A DNA stretch of 61,064 nt, the filler included, from Basidiobolus ranarum (Eukaryota), in NCBI GenBank assembly GCA_040143965.1. It is 5 parts of 5 records of this genome, joined end to end, with 100 filler letters (N's around TTAATTAATTAA, not from the genome) between each part and the next. Parts side by side here need not be neighbours in the genome. Positions count along the whole stretch, not along the records: positions 24,487 to 36,619 come from JASJQH010000564.1; positions 36,720 to 48,846 come from JASJQH010000565.1; 3 more parts are not named here. One strand, given 5' to 3'. The notes under the pieces were generated by a model that had not been told where the DNA came from, did not search any database, and saw only the letters and a program-made list of their open reading frames with translations. A program made the position numbers and the translations under genes. Positions 26,651 through 39,965 of this stretch are shown here, in pieces; position 1 is the stretch's first letter, and every line of letters begins with the position of its first letter.

Positions 26651-29600
26651 TGTTGAAATTGGAAAAATACTCTCCTTAATTAGTAGTCAGTTTGTCATAT
26701 TCTGATTATTTAGCACTCATTTCTGACATTAAAAAATGCATGTTTATTGCTCTAATTGATAGAACCATGAATTAGATCACTTTTACCAATTGTCACTATT
26801 TTCTCAAAACTTCTCCAAATCTCCTCAAATCTTCACCTATGCTTAACAGGCATGTTTGCTATGATTTAAGCTTTTCCAGTAGTCCAATTTTGTAGTAAAC
26901 TATGAATAGAACATATTTAATTCAACAAAACTTAAGTGTCTAATTCATAAATTCTAATCTTGTCAAGATCACTTCCAAGTGCCCTAAGTACTTTGATCAG
27001 GTTATGTGCCCTGAGCTAGCTTTTAAAGGAATGTCTGCCAGTACTATTATTCACATTTTTGCATCCACCATGAAGTTTGATGGTGCAGACTTTCACCTTT
27101 GAAAGTCCAAGATGGAAATGGTGCTAGAAGACAAGGGCCTTTAGGGATTTGTTACAGGAGAAGAAATAGGGCCAAAGGGACCATCAGAAGCCATCCTTAC
27201 TTTTACAAGGAGCAGAGGAAGGCACTCTCTATATTTTGTCTACATCTCAGAAACTCTCAATTGAAGCAAATACAATCAGTCAAAACCATTCAAAATGCTT
27301 GGGAAACATTTGAAGGACTACATGAGACTACAAGTCTGGCTAATAGGTTCTATCCTAGGCAAAAATTATTCTCACTTCAGATGAATTCTGATGATTCTAT
27401 GATTGATCATGTAAATTGGATAAAAGCTGTGGAAGATCAGCTCTCATCCATTGTAGCCCTTCTAAATAAAGATGACTTAGTCATGACACTACATGGGAGC
27501 CTGCCAGATGAGTTTGGGAACCTCATAATTGCCCTAGAATCAGGTTCAAAGCCATTAACAATGGAATATGTTGGTGCTAGGCTTTTGAGTGGGGAATTAA
27601 GGAGATCCAACTCTCAGCAAGATAATGCACCACAGGCATTTTTTACTGGAATCCCAACTCAAAATTTGTACAACCAAGAAATCAATAAATTGCATTCTGG
27701 GCATGCAAACTTGGCCAAAACTAATGAAATAAGCTGTCAAACATGTCATAGAAAATTAGGCAACATTGGGGAACAAAGACTGACCCAAAATATCTTAAAT
27801 CAACTTGTTTCAGGCTTAGAAATTGAAAACATCACCCAATTGGATATGTGTGAGGGTTGAATATATGGAAAACATCAAAGAAAGCCCTTATGCAGCTGTG
27901 GAAAGATCAAATCCACTTAGAATCTTACCCTGAATTGTGCTGATCTATGTGGGCCCATGAAAAATGTCTTTCTAGGTGTGAAAAGGTGCTCTATGACCTT
28001 CGTTGATGACAAAACAAGATATACTTAGGTATTCTTTCTCAATTCAAAATCTGAAGCCTTAGCTTTGTTCAAGAACTACAAAGCAATGGTAGGGAAAGAA
28101 TCATCACAAAAAATAAGGGTACTATGGAGTGACAATGGTGGAGAACACTGCTCCAAAGACTTTACTAGTTGTTGTTCTGATCATGGATTTAAACAACTAA
28201 GTACTGAATCTTTTACTCCACCACAAAATGGAGTTACAATATGTGTTCATAGGACCATAGTGGAGATTGCAAGATCAATGTTACATCATCAAAAGTTAAA
28301 TTAGATTACCAATGTTGTGCTGAATCAGTCTCCACTGCAGGCTATACAAAAAACAGATGCCCAGCATGATTGCCACAAAATTTTACTCCATTTGAAGACC
28401 TATATGGATCAAAACCAAGTGTGGATCATCACAGGTTCTTTGGTTGCACAGCATATTCCCTAATTCCAGCTCAAAAACACTCTGAATTGGAACCCAAAGG
28501 CTGAAAAAGCATATTTCTTCATGATTATGATGGAGCTAAGGCCTACATACTGTACTATACAGAAAATCAGAAGTTAATCACATGCAGAGATGTGATTTTT
28601 GATGAAAAAGCAAATTTCTCACCTCAAATCACAACTCATGATTCAGAAAACACACTCAACAGTATGCAGGAAGTGTTGGCCCAAATTCCAGCTGTATCTG
28701 TGCCCTATTCTGCCAGAATTTCAGTCCCAATTTCATCAGTTCATGATTCAGGGCCCAGAAGCTCTTCCAGAAGGAGATATAAGCCTGAAAACAGATGGAA
28801 CACTTCCAATGATGATGCATATGCTTTTGCATCATGGTGTGAGAAGCCACAGACTCTAGATCAAGCTCTGGAGTGTCTGAAATCATAATCATGGGTAAAA
28901 GCAATGTTGGATGAGTTTTCTTCACTTCAGGGCAATAAAACATGGGCTTTAAGTCCTCTACCATCAGGGAGAAAGCCAATAGGTTGCAAATGGGTCTACA
29001 AAAGTCAAAAAATGAGCTCATGGAACCATAGAAAGGTACAAAGTAAAATTAGTTACATAAGGCTATTCCCAGACTCCAGGAGTTGATTTAATGAAGCATT
29101 TACTGCAGTAGCTATGCTTAGCTACATTTGATCAGTCAGGGCACTTTCAGCTGCCCATAATTGTAATTAACATCTAATGGACGTAAAACAGCCTTTCTGA
29201 ATGTAAATCTAGCAGAAGAGGTCTATAAGGAGCAACCAGATGGATTTATTGACCCAAAACATCCTAATAGAGTCTGAAAACTGCAAAATTGCAAGATTGA
29301 CTTAAACAAGCCCTCAGGGCATGGTACAAAAGATTGATACCAAATTGAAATCAGCAAAATTTCAGAAAAGCACAGCAGATCACAATATTTACATCAAAAA
29401 AACTGGAATCAGGATCCTCATCTTGGCACCTTATGTGGATGACATTATCATAGCCACAAATGATCTTGAAGCACTTAATCAGACAAAGGGCAGCTTATCA
29501 AACCAATTTGAGATGATTGATATGGGTGAATTAAGTTATTTTCTTGGTGTCCAAATCAAGTCAGATAAACCCAATCAGAAAATCATGCTGAAGCAGTCTA

Positions 29601-30745
29601 ATACATCCTAGACATCCCAAAACACTTCAACATGGAGATTATCAAGCATGTATCAACACCAATAGATCCCAATGTGAAGTTAATCAAATATCATCTGATT
29701 TGGCCCAAAATGACTCAAATCACAGACAGCGGTTCCCTTATCAATCCATGTAGGATTTTTTAATGTATTCAATGGTTGGAACATGTCCACACATTGCATT
29801 TGCATTGGGAGCTGCCTTCCAATCTCTCAAGATTTCAGGACCGGTGCACAAAACTGCAGTAAAACAAATACTCAGGTACTTAAGTGGTACTGTTGATATA
29901 GTTCTGGAATACTCTGCCATTCCTGATGCCCAAAATTTTGAAGGCTACAGTGCTGCAGACTGGGGAAGAAACCTTGATGATAGAAGATCAAAAACTGTGT
30001 ACACTTTTCTCTATAGTGATGGAGCCATAACTTGGAATAGTAAGAAGCAACCAACTGTAGCACTTTCCACTACAGAATCATAGTATATGGCTGCCTCTGC
30101 AGCTTCACAAGTTAAGGAAGTTATTTACAGTCTTGGGATACATGCAAAAATGTGCTATCACTGTGTTTGAAGATAATCAAAGTTTTATTTCATTTTCTAA
30201 AAACCCTACATTTCCTGCTAAAACAAAACATATATATTAGGCATCACTTTGTTAAAGAAGCAATAGAGATTGATGTAATTGAACTTCTCTATTGGCCTAC
30301 TGAAGTAATGATTGTTGACATCTCAACTAAACCTTTAGTCAAAGCAAATATGAATTACTAAGATATAAGTTAGGTTTAAGAGTAATACAAAATAATTAGT
30401 TGAGTGGGAATGTTAAAACTAGGTAAACAGCAATTCACTATTTAGTACTTAGTTTGCTCATATTCTGATTATTTAGCACTGAATTCTGCCATTCAAAAAT
30501 GTGTGTTTATTGCTCTAATTAGATCACTTTTATCAATTTTTGCTATTTTCTTACAACTTTTTCAAATCACCTCAAATTTTCACCAATGTTTAACAGGCAT
30601 GTTTGTGATAATCTAATCACATTCAAGAGTCCTATTTCATAGTAAGCTTTATATAGGGCATATTTAATTCAATAAAACTGAAGTGTGTAATTCACAATCC
30701 AAATCTTGTCCAAAACAGTTGCAAGTCCCCTAATCACTTTCATCA
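26651..30745 (+). mobile_element. Two-LTR, non-functional Ty1/copia retrotransposon with TSD
   Basis: 5' LTR 26651-26999 (TG..CA), PBS GGTTATGTGCCC at 27000, gag, integrase (WSDNGGE, TPPQNG), RT (KPIGCKWVY, YVDD), RNase H (YSAADWG, KKQPTVALSTTES), PPT TGAGTGGGAA, 3' LTR 30411-30745. Flanked by the 5-bp TSD ATTTG. Many stops and frameshifts. Confidence 0.92.
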
Positions 30746-30750
30746 ATTTG

Positions 30751-31040
30751 AAGCTCTTGATTGACCAAAGACAAGTGTTGATAAGCTTGAGACCTTTGGT
30801 TTGCTGCAATGTGCCCAAGTCCAGCTCAAAAAGGCTTCAAGTTAGAGCCAAAAGCTGCAAATACATATTTCTTAATTCCTTTAATGGATCTTAGGTTTCA
30901 GTACTCTTGCATACCAAATATCACAAGTTAATGGATCTTAAAGATGTCATTTTTGAAGAAGTATATTTTCATTGCTGATCACAGTTGTTGAAGCTGATAA
31001 AATAAACAGCACACCGCAAGAAATTTCTGATGAAATTCAA
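30751..31040 (+). mobile_element. Older copia internal fragment, right part (integrase C-terminal SH3-like region)
   Basis: FEA...SVDKLETFG...KLEPKA..YIFL..DVIFEE, homologous to 28390-28610 and continuous with 26650 across the TSD. Confidence 0.7.
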
Positions 31041-31044
31041 TATG

Positions 31045-31740
31045 GAAGAAATATCTGGATGTATTTGCGGTGGAAATGACAGAGTTTCCATCTGCCACAG
31101 AAGTAGACTATGCATTTGAAACAGGAGACAGCAAAGCTGTGAGCAAAGTACCCTACTGCTTGAGTCTCTTGGAGTTACAAGAAGTTAAGAAGCAGAGTTA
31201 CCAAATCCTAGAGGCAGGATATATAAGACTAAGCAAGTAACCATGTAGAGCACTAGCCCTATTTGTCAAGATGAAAGATGGAACCCTAAGCATGTGTGTT
31301 GAGTAGTGAGAACTGAACTCAGTCACCATAAAGAGTAAATACCCTATCCCAACGATAGATGAGTTATTTGCTCAACTTGGAGGAGCCAAAAGTTTTAGCA
31401 AAGTTGATCTTGTGTAAGGCTACAATCAGAACCAAGTGAGATGGGAAGATATTTGGACTTAGTTCCAAAGCTACATAATGGCTATGATAACCCAGTGATT
31501 GAAAGAACACTTAGCCTGCGGATGACTTGAGGCTGGTTTCCTTAGGTCAAGAGTGACATTGAGAAACTAGTCAAGACCTACCCTACACATCAAAATAAAC
31601 AGGTCAGACCCAGAGACATGCAGATTTATTCCCTTTAGAGCCAGTGGGACCTTTGAAGGATGGGAGGTTGATTTCATTGGATGACTGCCCACTACTATTA
31701 AAGGCAACTGATAGATTCTTGGTGTCATTAATTGTAAAAC
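31045..31740 (+). mobile_element. Degenerate Ty3/gypsy fragment (RT N-terminus plus integrase piece)
   Basis: Relics of PYx[49 protein letters not shown] and a WEVDFIG-LP integrase start. Confidence 0.75.
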
Positions 31741-33790
31741 TAATGAAAATGTTTAGGGGGCTTGCAAGTGTTTTGCACATGACTTAGATTTGTGACTCAA
31801 ACACTTTGTTTTTATTGATTTGAATATGTCCTATTTGTAGTTTACTATGAAATTGGACTATTGGACAAGCATATATCATAACAAACATGCCTGCAAAGGA
31901 TGGTTGAAAAAATGAGGGGATTTGGAGAAATTTTGAGAACATAATGAAAATTGGTAAAAGTGATCTGATTGATATTTCTACTAATCAGAGCAATATACAC
32001 ACATTTCTCAATGGCAGAATTAAATACTAAATAATTAGAATAAAAATAAACTAACTACTAAATAATGAATTGCTGTTTACCTAGTTTCAACATTCCCACT
32101 CAACTAACAATTTTGTGTTTCTCTTACACCTTACTTATATCTTGACAATTAAAATTGTGCTTTAGCCAAAAGTTTGGTGAAGATGTCAGCAATAATTTCT
32201 TCAGAAGGGCAATAGACCGTTCAATTGTATAACTTGCTATTGCTTCTCTAACTAAATGATGCCTAATGTCTATAAGTTTTGTTCTAGCATGAAATGTAGG
32301 GATTTTAGCTAATGAAATACAACTTTGATCATCATCAAATACAGTAATAGCACAATTTGGATGTGTCCCAAGTGTATAAACAACTTTCTTAACCACATGG
32401 CTTCTTGTGTAGTGGCAGAGGCAACTGTATATTCTGCTTCTGTAGTGAAGTTCTATGGTTGTTTATTTATTACTGTTCCATGTTATGGTTCCATTGACAT
32501 TGAGAAAAGTGTACCTAGTTATTGTTCTTCTATCAACATGGTTTTGTGCCCAGGCTGCATCACTGTAGCCTTCAAAATTTTGTGCATCAGGAGTGGCAGA
32601 GTATTGTAGAACTAGATCTAAAATTCCTCTCAAACAACGGAATATTCCTTTTACTATAGCTTTATGCTCTGATCCTGGATCTTTGAGATAATGGCTCACA
32701 TTTCCCCTGCCACAGCAATGTCCAGACGTGTTCTAAATAATGTATACATTAGACTACCTGTGTTAACTATCCACCATGGACTGCTAAGCAAACTCCTAGC
32801 TTTGATTTCAGTCATTTTGGGCCAAACTGAATGAAAATTTGATTAATTTCAGGTTGGGAACCATTGGTGTTGATACTGGCTTGCTATTCTCCATGTTGTA
32901 GTGTTTTAGAATGTCTAGGATGTATCTAGACTGATTTGGCATGACATTCTTATTGGGTTAATCTCACTTTATTTGAATTGCAAGAAAATAACTTAATTCA
33001 CCCATATAAGTCATCTGAAATTGATTTAATAAGCTGCTTTTTGTCTGAGTAAGTGGTTCTACAGCACTGGTGGCCATGATCAAGTCATCTACATATAGAG
33101 CTAAGATAAGGATCCTATTCCTAGCTGTTTTTGTGTAAAAACTGTGATCTGCTGTGCACTTTTGAAATTCCAGTGAGTCCAAACTAGTATCTCTCTAGTT
33201 GTACTCTGCCCTGGGTGCGTACTTGAGTCCATAGAGTAATATTTGCAGCTTACAGACCATATCAGGGTGTTTTGGGTCAGCAAATCCATCTGGTTGCTAC
33301 TTTTAGCTCTCATTTTCCAGATTTCCATTTAGAAAGGTTGTTTTTATATCCATTTGATTTAAATCCAGGTTATGGATGGTTGAGTGAGCCGGAATTGATC
33401 TAACAGAGTTAAACTTAAGTTTTGGAGCAAAAGTGGCACCAAAATCAACTCCTGGAGTCTCAAAATTACCTTTCCTAACTAATCTTGCTTTGTACCTCTT
33501 TATGGTTCCATCAGCTCAATTTTTAGCTTTGTAGACATATTTGCAACCCATTGACTGCAACTCTATTTTGCTATGGAGTATATAGTGTGTTAGTTTGCTG
33601 CTTAATTCCATGTTTAGAACAAAAACTAACAAAGTCTTTAGAGCAGTATTCTCCATCATTATCACTCCTTAGTACCCTTATTTGCATGCTGATTCATTCT
33701 CAACTATTGCTTTGTACTGCCTGAACCTAGCTGAGGCTCCAGATGTTGATTTGAGATAGAATACTCAAGTATAGTGTGTTTTGTCATCAA
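31741..33790 (-). mobile_element. Ty1/copia 3' portion: integrase piece, RT, RNase H, PPT and 3' LTR (31741-32092)
   Basis: LALYVDDL, GYSDAAWA, FHARTKLIDIRHHLVRE. PPT TGAGTGGGAA followed by TGTTGAAACTAGG. Same LTR family as 30411-30745. Confidence 0.85.
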
Positions 33791-33799
33791 TACAGCTCA

Positions 33800-36127
33800 T
33801 AAAGTACCTTTTCCCACCTAGGGAGATGTTTTTCATGGCCTTCATAGGTCAGAATAAGTTGGGGCAAAATTCTGAGTGGATTTGATCTTTCCAGAGCTTG
33901 AAAAGGGCTGACATGCAGTGGGCCAATCAGCTTCAAAAATGTTTCTTCACTATACATTTCAATCTCTGCAGTCATACCGGTCATTAAAGCTGCGCATTAT
34001 ACTCCTGCTACCCAATTCCAAGTCTATAAAAACAACTGCACATCTTGATTCAGATGCTTCCTGCTGTTTTATTGACTATGCCTTTGTCAAATCCTACTCT
34101 ATCACAGCAATGAAGAAATATAGTCTAGTCCTTGTAGAAGTAATTGATGGAAGGCTGCAATTATCAGCTGTTGTAGCACATAAGACAACCTTTATGACAC
34201 TCATGTCCACTGCTCATCAAGAAGAAATAGCCTTTGATATCATATCTTCACCTCACCATCCTGTTAACCTTGGTATCTCATGGCTAATGAAGCACAACCC
34301 AGTGATCAGCTGTAAGAAGAAGATCATCACCAACAAGCAAGCTTCACCTCCTAATCCCTATTTGCCAACCTGCAAAGTATCCAACTCATCATCAGGCCAA
34401 ATCCTCAAGATATCTGTGAAGCCAATATTGATTGACAGTGTTGCTAAAGAGCTGAAACCAACAAAACCTATAGTTACTAAACCCCAACCCAAAAACTTAG
34501 CCTTTGCTGATGTCTTTGACAAGAAGAAATCCAAACTACTCCCAGCTCACCACCCTTATGTTTACCCCATAGATCTACAAGAAGGAAAACAACCACCATT
34601 TGGGCCTACCTACGGGCTGACCTAGCCAGAACTCAAAATTTTCAAAGAGTATATGGCAGAAATCTGGAGAAAGGATTTATCCAACATTCAAAGTCTCTAG
34701 CAGGCTCTCCAATCTTATTTATCAAGAAAAAGGATTGATTGTCCCATCTCTGTGTTGATTATCAAGGCCTAAATAGCATTATAATCAAAATTGATACCCC
34801 TTGCCATTAATCAACTCACTCTTGGATCAGCTTGCTGCAGCCAAGGTATTCACAAAAATTGACTCAAGAGGTGCTTACATTGTTGTAAGAAATAAACCAG
34901 GAGACCAATGGAAAACTGCCTTTCAAACTTGCTATGGACACTTAGAATACTATGCCATGCCACTTGGACTTACCAATGCCCCTACAGTCTTCCAATACAT
35001 GATGAATGATATTTTCAGAGAGTATCTTTTCCATTTTGTGGTAATATACCTTGGAAATATCTTGATCTTCTTAAACTATCAAGTAGAGTGTAATGATCAT
35101 GTTTCCAAAGTACTAGAAAAGTTGAAAATCTGTGGTCTCTCTGCTTAACTTGAGAAATGTGAATTTGACCAAGCTCAAGTTGAATTGCTTGGATATAACA
35201 TCAGCCCATCAGGCATCTCCATGGACCGTCAGATGGTTGAATCTGTTCTATCTTAGGATACTCCCAAGAAAGTGAAGGATGTCCAATCTTTTGTTATATT
35301 TGCAAATTTTTACCAACATTTTGTTAAAAAGCACTCCAAAATATCAGCCCCATTCACAACCCTTACCAAGACAGAACTCCCACTTGACTGGAAAATATCT
35401 TGCCAAGAAGCATTTGTAACTTGAAAGAATTCTTTTACCTCAGCACCAATCCTGGCATACCCCAAGCTAGACAAGCCATTTATTGTTGAAACTGATGCAT
35501 CTAACTTTGCTCTAGGAGCAGTATTATCACAGTATGGTGATGACAACTTACTGCACCCTGTTGCCTTTTACTCAAGAAAGTGTTCTGCAGCAGAAATTAC
35601 CTATGACATCTATGACAAGGTACTGTTGGCAACAATACTTAGATGAAGCAAATCACACAATTACAGTCTATTGCAATCATAGGAATCTTCAGTATTTTAA
35701 TAAAACCAAAGTTCTCAACCACCATCAAGCTAGATTGTCATTATTTCTTGCCAGTTTTGATTTTGTTATTACATAACAACCAGGTATCCAGCAAGGAAAA
35801 CCTGATGCATTATCACATAGAGCACAATGTCAACCTAAAGGGGTTGAGGCCTTTGGCAAACAAATTATTCCCTACTGGAGCCCCATCAACTTGAAATTAG
35901 AACATCAGCTCTTTCTCTGCCTAATTCAAGCACATTTCATGAAGACATCCACAAACTTCAATCTAAACACCCATGAGTAATATCAATCAAGAAAGCTTAG
36001 GATACACCCAAAGAACTCTCAAGTTTGAACATGTCCCATCACTTTTACTTCATCAATAATCTCCTGTTTTATAAGAAGTGCCTTAACATTCCAGACCATA
36101 CTTCCAGACTCAAAATCATGCAGGAAA
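33800..36127 (+). mobile_element. Degenerate Ty3/gypsy (Tf2-like) pol: protease, RT, RNase H, integrase start
   Basis: AHLDSDASCCFID (protease), [29 protein letters not shown] in place of YLDD, and VETDASNFALGAVL (RNase H). Multiple stops. Confidence 0.88.
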
Positions 36128-36619
36128 TGTTGAAGTTTATTGTCTTTACCCTAACAAAATTAAAATTGATTTGATCCGGATCAGATCCACCCTCCAAAAT
36201 AGCAAAACTGTCAGAGAACCGTCACAATATTGCTGGCTTGCATTCTGCCAGGGATTTTGATGGTGTGACGGTGGCTTCTTGATGGTATCTTAACGGTATT
36301 CATACATGTTAAAATATTGATCCTCAAATTTGTCATGCGTTATTCAATATCCAGCAATTTTTGCAAAAATATAATTTTCCAATGTCAAATTACTGGGTTT
36401 ACTGCTTAAGGAATTCGAATTAATATGCATGCCTTTATTTAGATATTTTACGCTTTGTATTCCAGCCATAATGAGAATCAAAAAATACAAGAATCTGGTT
36501 GTGTTTAGTCTCTACATGTGCACATATTTGACTGATTAGACATAACTCAACAACATCAATATGCTTTACCAGTAAACTAATGGTGGAAAAATTGCTAAAC
36601 ATCTGAAATTTTGAACAGC

Positions 36620-36719
36620 NNNNNNNNNNNNNNNNNNNNNNNNNNNNNNNNNNNNNNNNNNNNTTAATTAATTAANNNNNNNNNNNNNNNNNNNNNNNNN
36701 NNNNNNNNNNNNNNNNNNN
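36620..36719. other. Artificial contig spacer
   Basis: N44-TTAATTAATTAA-N44. Confidence 0.98.
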
Positions 36720-37055
36720 AGCCTAGTCGGAAATGATGTTCCTCTTCTCCGCTTTGCAATGATCCATGCTACCAAATACCTATCCATTGCTTTGAGTGAT
36801 GTGAAAGGAAAGGAGCTTGGACTCATTGGTCTAGTAGAAGGTGGATTCTCACGTAACTACCCAGGTACCGATATCAAAGTTACTTTTGATGGATCCATTA
36901 CCGTGGTCAAGAACGGACGGGCACAAGAGGTTGATGCACCATCCGGTACTTACACATTGACTGTTAAGGGACTCAAGCCATTTGGTAACCCTAATACACC
37001 TGCTGACTTTGACACTTGGACTTCAGCTCCATTTGAAGTGAAGAGAGCAAATTAA
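36720..37055 (+). CDS. 3' end of a large fungal S8 subtilase (C-terminal domain; partial)
   Basis: The frame is open from the contig start. GTYTLTVKGLKPFGNPNTPADFDTWTSAPFEV matches the GxYxxxxxxLKxFGxxxxxxDxxxWxS C-terminus of PA/Fn3-containing fungal subtilases. Confidence 0.65.
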   Translation, partial: SLVGNDVPLLRFAMIHATKYLSIALSDVKGKELGLIGLVEGGFSRNYPGTDIKVTFDGSITVVKNGRAQEVDAPSGTYTLTVKGLKPFGNPNTPADFDTWTSAPFEVKRAN

Positions 37056-38145
37056 TTGTGAACTCAGAAAAGGATATTCAATTAGAATGATTAATCTGCA
37101 AATTCATCTATTTCAACCCTAATAAATAATTATTGATACCTTCTCTGATTTCGATAGATTAGGATATCCTAAAAAACAGTAATCGACTTTTAAACTTTAC
37201 AGAGTCAAAGTTTCTCTGCCATAAGCAATGCAGTTACTACATTAGGAAGTAAATAGCAAATACATTATCATGTCACTCGATGGATCTTATGATGAACTTG
37301 AGTGACGAAGCAGGCTTCCTTGGTATACGTGTTCGAGATTTCCGGTTAAAGGTTACTTATGGCGTTTGTACGCGACTAAATTAAAATATCAACACTATAA
37401 GAATATTATACGTAAGTACTTCAGATTAGTCTCAGCTTCAATCTACTTTAAAACAAGACTAAGGCGAAATAGTCGTAGGAGCCTAGATCGCCATAGATAT
37501 TAATAGAAATGGATAGCCCATTCCGAGTCTTACGTAGTGCCAGAACAAGCATGTGTACATTGATCAGCAAATCAATTGTTGCGTTTAATCTGAAGTTGGT
37601 TGAAAAGCAATATGTTCTAGTTCCATTATTCCGTCCCGGTTATTATAAATTTTATGTCCAACAAGTGTTTACATAAGCATTGAACATTTGGTAGCGTAGT
37701 GAGTAGTTCTAAAGACACCAACCCTTGATTAAAAACCTATGGGATATACCCATATATATCATGATCAGGGAGTTTCCCTTCATTTTGGGCGATAATTTCA
37801 TGACTTGAAAATATCCTCATGTTGGCATTGATTGGTTTGTGTGGCTGCAACTCTGACACTCTACATTATAAGCTCTCCATTTGTTATAACTACAGTTTCA
37901 ATTCGAGCTTTTCTCACAAACTCAACCATGGAGTCTAAGTGCTATGAAAGTATAGAGACGACGGCTATACAGTTGCTACAGCAAATTATGAATTGGTATC
38001 AGTAGAGCTGCTCTGCAATATTAAGAGTAGCAAGGGTTTATAATGTTGTGGTAGTGATATGATGGAGCCAATCCGCAAATTGTCTCAGTAAATTGGAAGA
38101 CTGAATTCATTAAGCATCAAAAAAGATGGTCTTCATTTGTACTTT

Positions 38146-38261
38146 AATGGTTGCGGAGAATATAAAAGCAACATGAGATTAAATTTACCAGTGCAAAGGC
38201 AGAAATGGTTGCGGAGAATATAAAAGCAACATGAGATTAAATTTACCAGTGCAAAGGCAGA
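38146..38261. repeat. Perfect 58-bp tandem duplication (2 copies)
   Basis: aatggttgcggagaatataaaagcaacatgagattaaatttaccagtgcaaaggcaga at 38146 and at 38204. Confidence 0.9.
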
Positions 38262-39840
38262 TAAAGATATATACCAAATACTATGATGCATTTATCCGAA
38301 CAGGAATAAATATATACCGATGAGTTCCAGTCCCAAGTCCCCAAAGTAGATAAGTTAGGTACAGTATATATCAGGGAAAGAAAACCAAGTTGATTGTATT
38401 TGATGCATCACCAGCAGCATGCATTCGGAATAGTATGGCCTGTCTTGTATACTATTTGTGATGACAATATTGCTTAGTTTGGTATTGGCTAACAAATAAC
38501 ATGTCTTGCCTACTATCAATAAAAAGAATGAAATATAATATGGCCATTTCTTGTAGTCACTTTTATCGTTATTTTTACCATGGATAATATTTCCAGTGTA
38601 TTTGGTTCTCACTGGCCACGGCTGCTGAAGCAAGTATCTAAAGGAAATTCATATTTATTAAATTACTGATTTGTATCAATTATCCGGTTTTATACAACAT
38701 GCTATGGTATAACCATACAACTCAACTAAATACAGATATTCTTCATACTGGTAATTGCAGTATTTGACAGTTCACCAATTGTAAAACCGAATGCCATTAA
38801 CTTGAGGCAGTTAGAAAACGAGGAGCCGCGCTATCATTTATATGAACACTATCATTGGGAGAGAGAGAGAGAGCGTATATCTTTCATCTCTTATATGCAC
38901 TATCTGACTAATCTTCCTACTCATGAAGTTCTAGAATAAGTTACTTTCAGCTTCAGCTAATGGAATACTCCTAAGAAACCCATTAATATAGCAAGTTTTA
39001 GTATGTTACAATAGAATCCTTCCATCATACAAACATTATAGGAAAGAGCTGAAGGAGGAGATTGAAGTTAGAGAAATTATGAACTAGGCACAATAGCGAA
39101 ACTTGCCTCCATTATGAGATATATTCTCGATCAAACTTACCTATCGGTTCTTTGCCATAACATAGAGGTGGAATATTTTACCTCTCATATTTCATCAGAT
39201 ATATCTTTATAAAGTATGCTCATCGATTCCTAGGGATAATTAGGTAACTGAGGAAAGTGATACCATTATAAAAAACACTTGAATAGTTAACAGTTTATAA
39301 ATTTCAAATCAAATATTGTTATCATGCGATAATATAAAATTTATATTCCTTGCATCTTGTAAATGACCTCACTGACTTGCCAAGATGTTGGTATATTTAT
39401 GATGCAAGTAGTGCTGTGTATTCATGGTCTAGATTTTTCGACTAAGAAAGCATACAATATGATATGGCATGGAGTTGAACGAGTAGAGCTATACAAATAT
39501 GGTGTGTTCGCGAGATATATTCTGAATAGCCTGCTGTAGATAATAATCAAAAAATCCGCTCTAGTGTAGGGGAAACCTTATGTTGGCTACGTATCCTATA
39601 GCGAATACAGCTACCAATATACAGTAGCCCGTGCTCATGAAGATTTGAGAGTTCTGTAAATGTTACTGCTCCTCTTACCCAAGAGAGTACATCAAAATAT
39701 GGGAATAGTGAAAGTGGTTTTCTGATTTCCCAAGTGTCCGTAAGAGGAGCTGCCTCTGTGAAGACTATAAATACATTGATAAGCTTCAGTTCTTAACAAT
39801 TTCCCATACTTATCTTTTTGGTACTATTCTTACATCGAAA

Positions 39841-39965
39841 GGAGATAGCGATCCTAAGGTACTAATTGTAATGGTCACGGAACCCATGTTGCCGGTATCA
39901 TTGGTGCACGTGACAAAAACTTTCTAGGTGTTGCTCCTGATGTCACTTTGGGTGCTTATAAAGTG
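39841..39965 (+). pseudogene. Subtilase (S8) relic containing the catalytic His motif
   Basis: GDSDPK, then a frameshift, then [35 protein letters not shown]. No continuing subtilase sequence on either side. Confidence 0.75.
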
